Source of the DNA: Vibrio cholerae ATCC 14035
GTDB lineage: Bacteria > Pseudomonadota > Gammaproteobacteria > Enterobacterales > Vibrionaceae
Direction of reading: 5' to 3'
NCBI RefSeq assembly: GCF_000621645.1
Contig: NZ_KK211322.1
Location: 111,717 to 143,716, forward strand
Length of the DNA stretch: 32,000 nucleotides
A model generated the notes under the pieces. The model saw only the letters and a program-made list of their open reading frames with translations, searched no databases and was not told the origin of the DNA. Positions 24,370 to 32,000 of this stretch are shown here, in pieces (the stretch's first letter is position 1; every line of letters starts with the position of its first letter). The translations under genes were made by a program, and so were the position numbers.

Positions 24370-25470
24370 ATGTTTCCGCTCAAAACTTCTTCACGTCAAG
24401 CGCGCGACTACTTTCTGCATCAACCTTGGCTGATTTCTTTTTCCTTCATTATTCTGTTAGCACTCTGGTTAGGCTTAGGCGATTCCAACGCCGAAGAGCC
24501 GCAAACGGCGATGGAAATACAAGTCCCTTTAGCCAAAGTCGGTTATCAAACGTTTAGCGCAACTCAAACCGATAAAGTTATCGAGCTGTACGGACGCACT
24601 GCGCCGGATCGGCAGGCTAAAATTGGTGCTGAAATTGCTGGGCGGATCGCCGAGGTGAAGATTGCGAAAGGGCAAATGGTCACCAAAAACCAGATAATCG
24701 CCTTGATTGATAAAGGCGATCTGGATGCCCAGTTAGAGCGAGCGAAAGCGCAGCTCAAAGTGCGACAACAAGAGTTTAATGCGGCTAGTGCACTGAAAAA
24801 TAAAGGCTTACAAGGCGAAGTTGCTTTTACCAATGCTGCTGCTGCTCTCACAGATGCACAATCCTCGCTCAGTACTGTGCAACGTTTACTGGATAATACC
24901 CAAGTTCGCGCCCCCTTTGATGGTGTCGTGGAGACTTTACCTATCGAAAAAGGCGATTTTGTTGGGATTGGCGATCCGGTTGCCTCCATTATCGATCTGC
25001 ACAAATTGGTGATAGAGGCTGATGTCAGTGAGCGACACATTCAACATGTACAGCTTGAACAAGCGGCGCGGATCCGCTTTATCGATGGCACGCAAACACA
25101 AGGTAAAGTCCGCTATATTTCAAGGCTCTCATCGCCTGCAACCAATACCTTTGCCATTGAAGTTGAGGTCGATAACCCACAACAAGCCATTCCTGCAGGG
25201 GTAAGCGCAGAAGTTGAGTTGAGCCTAATGTCTCAAGCCGCGATCAAAATCACCCCCGCCATGCTCGCGCTCGATGAAGAGGGCAACCTTGGCGTGAAAA
25301 CGTTGCAAGGTGAACACGTCAAGTTTGTGCCAATCCAACTGGTGAAAGCAGAACAAGATGGCGTCTGGTTAACCGGACTTGGCGAGCAAGTGGATATTAT
25401 TACCCGTGGACAAGGATTTGTTCGCGATGGAGATAAGGTTCTCGCCACTCAACTCAGCGCAACCCACTAG
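24370..25470 (+). CDS. vexE: RND efflux periplasmic adaptor (membrane fusion protein, HlyD family)
   Basis: 366 aa with an N-terminal membrane anchor, coiled-coil hairpin region (LDAQLERAKAQLKVRQQEF...) and beta-barrel domains. Its stop TAG forms part of the TAGGAG SD of the pump gene. The symbol comes from the remembered V. cholerae RND nomenclature (VC0628-0629). Confidence 0.85.
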   Translation: MFPLKTSSRQARDYFLHQPWLISFSFIILLALWLGLGDSNAEEPQTAMEIQVPLAKVGYQTFSATQTDKVIELYGRTAPDRQAKIGAEIAGRIAEVKIAKGQMVTKNQIIALIDKGDLDAQLERAKAQLKVRQQEFNAASALKNKGLQGEVAFTNAAAALTDAQSSLSTVQRLLDNTQVRAPFDGVVETLPIEKGDFVGIGDPVASIIDLHKLVIEADVSERHIQHVQLEQAARIRFIDGTQTQGKVRYISRLSSPATNTFAIEVEVDNPQQAIPAGVSAEVELSLMSQAAIKITPAMLALDEEGNLGVKTLQGEHVKFVPIQLVKAEQDGVWLTGLGEQVDIITRGQGFVRDGDKVLATQLSATH

Positions 25471-25480
25471 GAGCCGCACC

Positions 25481-28400
25481 ATGTTCACTCTGATTGATGC
25501 GGCGCTGTCTCGTACGCGCACCATGTTGACCTTACTGGTGTTCATTTTGGTTGCGGGTGTGGCGACTTACCTGACCATTCCCAAAGAATCGAGCCCCGAT
25601 GTCACCATTCCTATCATCTACGTTTCGGTGAGCCACCAAGGTATTTCTCCCAGTGATGCGGAAAGATTGATTGTTCGTCCTCTTGAGCAGGAAATGCGCT
25701 CGATTGAAGGGGTGAAAGAGATGACGGCCACCGCGTCAGAAGGGCATGCTTCTGTTGTGCTGGAATTCAATGTAGGCGTCGATTTAGCCAAAGCGATGGC
25801 CGATGTGCGTGATGCGGTCGATTTGGCTAAACCCAAATTACCGGCGGACAGTGATGAGCCGACGGTGAATGAAGTGACGCTGGCGGCGGAACAGCCTGTT
25901 TTATCTGTTGTGCTCTACGGTACAGTACCGGAGCGAACGACAGTTCTGATAGCCCGTCAATTACGCGATAAATTGGAAAGCTTTCGACAGATCTTGTCTG
26001 TTGATATCGCAGGGGATCGTGAAGAGATTGTGGAAATCATCGTTGATCCACTGCTTATGGAGAGCTATGGACTGGATCAAAGCGACATCTACAATCTGAT
26101 TGCACTCAATAACCGAGTGGTCGCCGCCGGATTTGTCGATACCGGTTATGGCCGCTTTTCGGTCAAAGTGCCTTCCGTGTTTGAATCACTGAAGGATGTA
26201 CTAGAGCTGCCGATTAAAGTCGAAGGTAAGCAAGTGATTACGTTCGGTGATGTGGCTACAGTACGCAAATCTTTCCGTGATCCTGAGAGCTTCGCTCGCT
26301 TAGATGGTAAACCCGCCATTGTTTTGGATATCAAAAAACGTTCTGGTGAGAACATTATTGAAACCGTTGAGCTAGTCAAAGCGGTGTTAGGCGAAGCTCA
26401 AGCTCGTGATGATTGGCCTAATAATTTATTGGTGAAAACGATTTGGGATGAGTCGGAAGATGTCAAACTCATGCTCAATGATCTACAAAACAATATTCTG
26501 TCCGCCATCATTCTCGTAGTGGTGGTTATCATTGCGATTCTGGGCGTACGCACTTCGCTATTGGTTGGGGTTTCGATTCCTGGATCTTTTTTGACTGGGT
26601 TATTGGTACTGGCCGTTTTCGGTCTGACGGTCAATATCGTTGTGCTGTTTGCTCTTATCATGGCTGTTGGCATGCTGGTGGATGGCGCAATCGTGGTGAC
26701 TGAATTTGCGGATCGACGTATGCAAGAGGGAATGCATCGAAGTGAAGCCTATCGTGATGCGGCGAAACGTATGGCTTGGCCAATCACCGCCTCTACCGCG
26801 ACCACGTTGGCCGCTTTTGCCCCACTGCTGTTTTGGCCAGATGTCACTGGCGAATTCATGAAATACCTTCCGCTGACTTTAATGGCGACGCTCACTGCCT
26901 CTTTAGTGATGGCGTTGCTCTTTGTTCCGGTATTGGGAAGTTTGTTTGGTCGTCCGCAGAAAGTGACCCAAGCCAATCAAGCGCGGATGGTGGCGCTGCA
27001 CAATGGTGATTTTTCACAAGCGACGGGGATCACCAAAGCCTATTACAGCACGCTTGCCATAGCGATTCGCCACCCGATCAAAATTTTGTGCGGTGCGCTG
27101 CTGATGTCTGCGGCGATTGCGTTTGCTTATGGCAAAGCAGGGTTAGGTGCAGAGTTTTTTCCTGAAGTTGATCCGCCCTTTTTCTCGGTCAAAGTGCGCT
27201 CTTATGGCGATCTGTCGCTGAATGAAAAAGATCGTATCATGAGTGATATTGAACAGGTGATGTTAGGCCACGATGAGTTTGAAAGTGTCTATACCCGTAC
27301 GGGGGGCGATGATGAAATCGGCGTCGTACAGATAACCCCCGTTGATTGGCAATATCGTCGCAGTGTTAAAGCGATTATTGAGGAACTGGAGCAAGTCACC
27401 GATACCTTCCCAGGGGTTGAAATCGAATACAAATTTCCAGACGCAGGGCCCCCTGTTGAGCATGATCTGGAGATTGAAATTTCAGCTCGCGTTGCTGACG
27501 ATCTCGATAAAGCCGCTCAGCAAGTGAGGTTATGGGCAGAGGCCAATCCGGCACTGACCAATTTAAGCGATAATGGCAGCAAGCCGGGGATTGATTGGAA
27601 AATTGATATTCGACGTGATGATGCATCACGTTTTGCGGCCGATGCTACTTTGGTGGGCAATACCGTACAGTTTGTGACAAATGGCCTCAAAATTGGCGAT
27701 TATCTTCCCGATGACAGCGATGAAGAAGTCGATATTTTGGTACGTTATCCGAGTGAATATCGCGATATTGGACGTTTTGACCAACTACGCGTAAAAACCG
27801 CGCAAGGTTTAGTGCCACTCACTAATTTTGCGCAAATTATTCCAGAGCAAAAGCAGGATACGATTCATCGGGTGGATGGTCGACGGGTAATTAGCGTGAT
27901 GGCCGATCTCAAGGAAGGGTACAACCTAGCGCTAGAACTCCCAGCCATTGAACAGGCACTACGTGAGCTCAATTTACCGAGTAGTGTGGAGTTTCGTATC
28001 CGTGGTCAAAACGAGGAGCAAGAGCATTCTGCGGTTTTCCTCGAAAAAGCGTTTATGGTTGCACTCGCGGCGATGGCGATCATTTTGATCACCCAGTTCA
28101 ATAGTTTCTATCAAGCCTTCCTGATTTTGACCGCGGTGATTTTCTCTACCGTAGGGGTTTTTGCTGGATTGCTGATTTTCCAAAAACCGTTTGGCATCAT
28201 CATGTCTGGCATCGGGGTGATTGCTCTGGCAGGGATTGTGGTGAACAACAATATCGTATTGATTGATACCTATAATCAATTGCTTAAGCGTGGTTTGAGC
28301 CGAGAAGAAGCGATACTGCGCACGGGAGTGCAGCGTTTGCGCCCAGTGCTGCTGACGACGGTGACGACGATTTTAGGTTTGCTGCCCATGGTGCTTGAGA

Positions 28401-28600
28401 TGAATATCGACATCATCAATCAGAAAATTGAGTTTGGAGCACCGAGTACCCAGTGGTGGTCACAGTTGGCGACGGCGGTGGCCGGAGGATTAGCCTTTGC
28501 TACGGTACTGACCTTAGTGCTTACCCCTTGCTTGCTCATGTTAGGGCGGCGTAGAAAAGGGGTAAGTGAAGACGAAGCTCCTCAAGATGCGCAGAGTTAA
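25481..28600 (+). CDS. vexF: RND family inner-membrane efflux pump (AcrB/HAE-type)
   Basis: I trimmed the start to the ATG at 25481 (MFTLIDAALSRTRTMLTLLVF...), giving 1039 aa. It has 12-TM RND topology with two large periplasmic loops. Confidence 0.9.
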   Translation: MFTLIDAALSRTRTMLTLLVFILVAGVATYLTIPKESSPDVTIPIIYVSVSHQGISPSDAERLIVRPLEQEMRSIEGVKEMTATASEGHASVVLEFNVGVDLAKAMADVRDAVDLAKPKLPADSDEPTVNEVTLAAEQPVLSVVLYGTVPERTTVLIARQLRDKLESFRQILSVDIAGDREEIVEIIVDPLLMESYGLDQSDIYNLIALNNRVVAAGFVDTGYGRFSVKVPSVFESLKDVLELPIKVEGKQVITFGDVATVRKSFRDPESFARLDGKPAIVLDIKKRSGENIIETVELVKAVLGEAQARDDWPNNLLVKTIWDESEDVKLMLNDLQNNILSAIILVVVVIIAILGVRTSLLVGVSIPGSFLTGLLVLAVFGLTVNIVVLFALIMAVGMLVDGAIVVTEFADRRMQEGMHRSEAYRDAAKRMAWPITASTATTLAAFAPLLFWPDVTGEFMKYLPLTLMATLTASLVMALLFVPVLGSLFGRPQKVTQANQARMVALHNGDFSQATGITKAYYSTLAIAIRHPIKILCGALLMSAAIAFAYGKAGLGAEFFPEVDPPFFSVKVRSYGDLSLNEKDRIMSDIEQVMLGHDEFESVYTRTGGDDEIGVVQITPVDWQYRRSVKAIIEELEQVTDTFPGVEIEYKFPDAGPPVEHDLEIEISARVADDLDKAAQQVRLWAEANPALTNLSDNGSKPGIDWKIDIRRDDASRFAADATLVGNTVQFVTNGLKIGDYLPDDSDEEVDILVRYPSEYRDIGRFDQLRVKTAQGLVPLTNFAQIIPEQKQDTIHRVDGRRVISVMADLKEGYNLALELPAIEQALRELNLPSSVEFRIRGQNEEQEHSAVFLEKAFMVALAAMAIILITQFNSFYQAFLILTAVIFSTVGVFAGLLIFQKPFGIIMSGIGVIALAGIVVNNNIVLIDTYNQLLKRGLSREEAILRTGVQRLRPVLLTTVTTILGLLPMVLEMNIDIINQKIEFGAPSTQWWSQLATAVAGGLAFATVLTLVLTPCLLMLGRRRKGVSEDEAPQDAQS

Positions 28601-28630
28601 ATATGTCATAGCGACAGAGTGAATGTTGAT

Positions 28631-28664
28631 AAAAGTTAGGCCAGCAATTGCTGGCCTAACTTTT
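28631..28664. terminator. bidirectional rho-independent terminator (vexF / M23 peptidase gene)
   Basis: Perfect 15-bp stem AAAAGTTAGGCCAGC/GCTGGCCTAACTTTT with loop AATT. The A/T tracts give U-runs on both strands. Confidence 0.9.
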
Positions 28665-28681
28665 TGTCCGCCACGAGATGA

Positions 28682-29983
28682 TTATTGATTGGCATACAGT
28701 AACTGGCTGTAACGCTCAAGCTTTTCCATTCGTTGCTTCGCATTCGCAATAAAGGTCTCTTTTGCTTTACCAGTCAGTGACTGTGCTTGTGGTAATTCAA
28801 CCGTGCGTGGGTTTTTGTGGATGCCATTAACCAAGAATTCATAGTGTAAGTGAGGGCCGGTAACTCGTCCTGTGCCCCCCAATGTACCAATAGTCTGGCC
28901 TTGTTTTACTCGCTCTCCGGTTTTAACTAGGCGGCGCTGTAAATGTAGGTACTTGGTAATGTAGGTATTGCTATGGCGAATGTAGACATAGTTACCATTA
29001 AATTGGTTATAGCTGGATTTCTCAACCACACCATCACCCGCAGCCCAAATCGGTGTTCCTACTGGTGCCACATAGTCAGTACCACGGTGAGCTTTAATTT
29101 GCCCGGTCACTGGATGGAGTCGGCGAGGATTAAAGTTAGAAGAGACGCGACGAAAATCGAGCGGCGAACGCAAGAAGGCCTTTTTCATCGCACGGCCATT
29201 CTGATCGTAATAGTTACCTGTATTGTCATCCAAAATCGCAGTAAAGGTTGAACCTTGGTTGATAAAAGTGGCAGCAATAATATTACCGCGACCAATCACA
29301 GAGCCTTCGACGATTTTTTCTTGGTAGAGCAATTTGAATTGATCGCCTTCGCGAATATCGAGCGCGAAGTCGATATCCCAGCCAAACATATTGGCTAACT
29401 CAATGATCTGGTTAGCACTTAACCCTGCGGTGACACCCGCATTCCAGAAATTAGAGGTGATTTTGGCTTCGGCATAATTGAGTTGGAAGGTGACTTCTTT
29501 CTTATCAAACTCAGAGGTAAAACCAGAATCTGAACGGGTTACCACAAAGGTTTCATAAGGGCTAATGGTGCGTTTTAATTGAACTAATTGATTATCTTTG
29601 TCAAAGCCAAATTTCAGCTCGTCTTTAGGCATTAACTTCGACAGTTGATTGTTGATATCGCTATTGCTTGAGGTCAATTCGTAGAGCACGCGTGATGAGA
29701 GTCCTGCTCGCTGGAAGAGTAAGGCGGCACTCTCACCGTTGGCAACTTGGTAGGTTTCCCAGCGCAGCATAACAGAGGGCGGAGCGATCACTTCTTCCTC
29801 TGGTGTGGAGACCAGTTGGTTATCGAGAGTGACGGGATAGTGGCGTCCTACTTCTCGCTGAGCATCCGGTTTACGTAAATCTTCAGAATTGGGCAGAAAA
29901 AAAATGGCGAAGACAATAATGGCGCTAAACGCGGTGATTAACACTCGATGCAGCCAAGGAAGACGATTGAAAAGAGAAAGCAT
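28682..29983 (-). CDS. M23 family peptidoglycan DD-endopeptidase, MepM/YebA-like (N-terminal TM, OapA/LysM-like domain, LytM domain)
   Basis: 433 aa with an intact zinc-ligand set HRGTDY (HxxxD) and GPHLHYE (HxH). It has an N-terminal anchor LITAFSAIIVFAIFF and the OapA-type segment RWETYQVANGESAALLFQRAGLS. Confidence 0.88.
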   Translation of the reverse strand: MLSLFNRLPWLHRVLITAFSAIIVFAIFFLPNSEDLRKPDAQREVGRHYPVTLDNQLVSTPEEEVIAPPSVMLRWETYQVANGESAALLFQRAGLSSRVLYELTSSNSDINNQLSKLMPKDELKFGFDKDNQLVQLKRTISPYETFVVTRSDSGFTSEFDKKEVTFQLNYAEAKITSNFWNAGVTAGLSANQIIELANMFGWDIDFALDIREGDQFKLLYQEKIVEGSVIGRGNIIAATFINQGSTFTAILDDNTGNYYDQNGRAMKKAFLRSPLDFRRVSSNFNPRRLHPVTGQIKAHRGTDYVAPVGTPIWAAGDGVVEKSSYNQFNGNYVYIRHSNTYITKYLHLQRRLVKTGERVKQGQTIGTLGGTGRVTGPHLHYEFLVNGIHKNPRTVELPQAQSLTGKAKETFIANAKQRMEKLERYSQLLYANQ

Positions 29984-30040
29984 GTTCAGTTCAAATTCAT
30001 TTAATTATTAACAAAATCGCTGTCGGGTAGTCTAACTGGT

Positions 30041-30069
30041 TTCAAAATGCATCGCTATTCAAGTAATAT
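30041..30069 (+). promoter_or_regulatory. candidate sigma70 promoter of tyrS
   Basis: TTCAAA (30041-30046), N17, TAATAT (30064-30069). Pattern match only. Confidence 0.3.
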
Positions 30070-30113
30070 GTCCCACTATCATATTTTTGCCAAATCTGTG
30101 GGAGTGAACAAGA

Positions 30114-31301
30114 ATGGCGAGTATTGAAGCCGCTTTAGCCGAGATTAAACGTGGTGTTGAAGAGCTGATCCCCGAAGAAGAGCTCATTGCCAAACTCAAA
30201 GAAAATCGTCCGCTACGAATTAAGTTGGGGGCGGATCCAACGGCTCCGGATATCCATCTAGGCCACACGGTAATCCTCAATAAGCTTCGTACTTTCCAGG
30301 ATTTAGGTCATGACGTGACATTTTTGATTGGTGACTTTACTGGAATGGTGGGGGATCCAACAGGAAAAAACACCACACGCCCACCTTTGACGCGCGAAGA
30401 TGTATTGCGTAACGCGGAAACGTACAAGCAGCAAGTGTTCAAGATCCTCGATCCTGCCAAAACCAAGATCCAATTTAACTCAGAGTGGTTGTCAAAACTG
30501 GGAGCGGAAGGGATGATCCGTCTGGCTTCAAACCAGACCGTCGCTCGTATGTTAGAACGTGATGACTTTAAAAAGCGTTACAACAATGGTCAGCCGATTG
30601 CGATTCACGAGTTTATGTACCCATTGCTACAAGGCTACGACTCTGTTGCGATGGAGACGGATGTTGAGCTAGGCGGTACTGACCAGAAGTTTAACTTGCT
30701 GATGGGGCGTGAGCTACAAAAAGCCAACGGCCAAAAACCACAAGTGGTATTGATGATGCCTCTGCTGGTGGGATTGGATGGCGAGAAGAAAATGTCCAAA
30801 TCAGCGCATAACTATATTGGTGTGAGCGAAGCGCCGAGCGAAATGTTCGGTAAAATCATGTCAATTTCTGATGATTTGATGTGGAGCTACTACGAGCTGC
30901 TCTCTTTCCGTCCGTTAGAAGAAGTGGCCCAATTCAAAGCAGAGGTTGCTAATGGTGCTAACCCGCGTGATATCAAGATTTTGCTAGCAAAAGAGATCAT
31001 CGCTCGTTTCCATTCTCAAGCCGACGCTGATGCAGCAGAACAAGAGTTCATCAACCGTTTCCAAAAAGGGGCGATGCCTGAGGAAATGCCAGAGTTTGAA
31101 TTCGAGTCTGGAATCGCTATCTCCAATCTGCTTAAAGAGGCGGGACTTGTGGCTTCTACTTCTGATGCACTGCGCATGATTAAACAAGGTGCGGTGAAGC
31201 TTGATGGCGAGAAGTTAGAAGATGCGAAGCTGATTCCTGCTTGTGGTACATCGGTTTACCAAGTGGGTAAGCGTAAGTTCGCTCGAGTGACCATCAAGTA
31301 A
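30114..31301 (+). CDS. tyrS: tyrosine--tRNA ligase, short (type 2, TyrZ-like) form with C-terminal S4 domain
   Basis: 395 aa with the HIGH motif as [14 protein letters not shown] present verbatim, and the C-terminal S4-like segment [16 protein letters not shown]. Confidence 0.93.
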   Translation: MASIEAALAEIKRGVEELIPEEELIAKLKENRPLRIKLGADPTAPDIHLGHTVILNKLRTFQDLGHDVTFLIGDFTGMVGDPTGKNTTRPPLTREDVLRNAETYKQQVFKILDPAKTKIQFNSEWLSKLGAEGMIRLASNQTVARMLERDDFKKRYNNGQPIAIHEFMYPLLQGYDSVAMETDVELGGTDQKFNLLMGRELQKANGQKPQVVLMMPLLVGLDGEKKMSKSAHNYIGVSEAPSEMFGKIMSISDDLMWSYYELLSFRPLEEVAQFKAEVANGANPRDIKILLAKEIIARFHSQADADAAEQEFINRFQKGAMPEEMPEFEFESGIAISNLLKEAGLVASTSDALRMIKQGAVKLDGEKLEDAKLIPACGTSVYQVGKRKFARVTIK

Positions 31302-31327
31302 TGGTTTTCAAACCTGAGCTAAAAATA

Positions 31328-31360
31328 AATAAAAAGCGCCAAACGGCGCTTTTTATTTTT
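31328..31360. terminator. bidirectional rho-independent terminator (tyrS / dacB)
   Basis: Stem AAAAAGCGCC/GGCGCTTTTT with loop AAAC, flanked by A- and T-runs on both sides. Confidence 0.9.
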
Positions 31361-31368
31361 CAGGTAGC

Positions 31369-32000
31369 CTAGTTTGGCTTAGATGCCAAACGATTAAACT
31401 GAATAAGCTCTTGATAGAGCTGAGTTTCAAACTGGATAATCGGCGGCTCAACCGCTACCTCAGGATTGGATCTCGGAGGGAAATAGTCGGTGACGAATTG
31501 AACAAACAGAGTCTTAGGGCGCTGATTTTCGTCCATCACAAAGCCCGCCATATTGTAAGTGCCATAAAGTGAACCACTTTTCGCTTTAATTTGGCCACTG
31601 ATTTGCGGCGCACGCATACTGCGTCGATATTGCAAAGTGCCCGATTCTCCCGCTGAAGGCAGCATAGCAATTAAACCAAGCTCAGCTTCGTGCTGATAAA
31701 GGTAGCGAAGAGTTTCCAGCATCACTTGTGGACGCATCCGGTTATTACGTGAAAGGCCAGAGCCATCGGCGAGCTGAGTATCTTCTAATGAAATGCCCGT
31801 GCGCGAGTAAAAAATCTGTTTAATGGCTTGTGTTCCGTTGGTAAAGCTACCGGGTTGAGAGTAAAAACGGTGTCCCAAGGCTTTGGTCAAGGTATCGGCG
31901 ATCAGGTTGTCGGACTCTTGCAACATGGTTTTCAGTAACACAGGCAGCGGCTGGGAGTGATGAGAAGCGATTTTCTGCGCTTGTTTGGTATTTGCTTTAC
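31369..32000 (-). CDS. dacB: D-alanyl-D-alanine carboxypeptidase/endopeptidase PBP4, 3' portion (gene continues beyond window end)
   Basis: The frame stays open upstream of the ORF-track start (a GVG codon position, actually GTG) to nt 32000 (...KANTKQAQKIASHHSQPLPVLLKTMLQESDNLIADTL). It has the SxN box as SDN and the KTG-type box as KSGS, both characteristic of class C low-molecular-weight PBPs. Confidence 0.85.
   Translation of the reverse strand, partial: KANTKQAQKIASHHSQPLPVLLKTMLQESDNLIADTLTKALGHRFYSQPGSFTNGTQAIKQIFYSRTGISLEDTQLADGSGLSRNNRMRPQVMLETLRYLYQHEAELGLIAMLPSAGESGTLQYRRSMRAPQISGQIKAKSGSLYGTYNMAGFVMDENQRPKTLFVQFVTDYFPPRSNPEVAVEPPIIQFETQLYQELIQFNRLASKPN

Noticed and set aside
24564-25040. 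Long antisense ORFs inside real genes (158 aa at 24564-25040, 137 aa at 1357-1770, 129 aa at 11803-12192, 124 aa at 18215-18589, 117 aa at 8470-8823, and others)
   Set aside because: All are fully embedded opposite well-supported CDSs. They have Ser/Arg/Ala/Cys-rich low-complexity translations and no SD or recognisable motifs. They are the usual shadow ORFs of about 48% GC coding DNA.
1-32000. Search for defence systems, toxin-antitoxin pairs, CRISPR, integrases/transposases, prophage remnants, tRNA/rRNA genes
   Set aside because: Every ORF of at least 60 aa outside the shadow set has a confident housekeeping or chitin-catabolic assignment. There are no direct-repeat arrays and no tRNA-like cloverleaf regions in the intergenic spacers. 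No island-like gene content or boundary repeats are visible by eye.

Overview
This window reads as core chromosome of a Vibrio. I recognise it from memory, not from a search, as Vibrio cholerae chromosome I, roughly VC0610 to VC0632. The left 15.4 kb holds the 3' end of an FbpC-type ABC ATPase. It is followed on the minus strand by the complete 10-gene chitobiose (chb) utilisation operon: cbp, 2 permeases, 2 ATPases, a GH9 glycosidase, glucosamine kinase, GH20 hexosaminidase, GH94 chitobiose phosphorylase and a phosphohexomutase. A 910-bp non-coding stretch separates it from chiS. That stretch contains a motif-dense chb control region, two tandem ERIC/IRU-like repeats and the chiS terminator. 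chiS encodes the 1129-aa hybrid sensor kinase that controls the operon. The right half is housekeeping: rsmC, an AI-2E family transporter, hemL, erpA, the RND efflux pair vexEF, an M23 (MepM-like) endopeptidase, a short-type tyrS and the 3' part of dacB (PBP4). All large ORFs are intact, and convergent gene pairs are separated by clean bidirectional hairpin terminators. I saw no tRNA or rRNA genes, CRISPR arrays, IS elements, integrases, or phage or defence-like genes. I do not find evidence for an undescribed multi-gene system, because the main system (chb plus ChiS) is already well described. Three things are most worth a second look. First, the repeat and palindrome grammar of the chb control region. 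Second, an ORF-track-invisible 38-codon Cys-rich membrane mini-ORF between hemL and the transporter gene. Third, the stem-loops and translational-coupling cassettes inside the chb operon. Promoter and operator assignments are pattern matches by eye and have low confidence.
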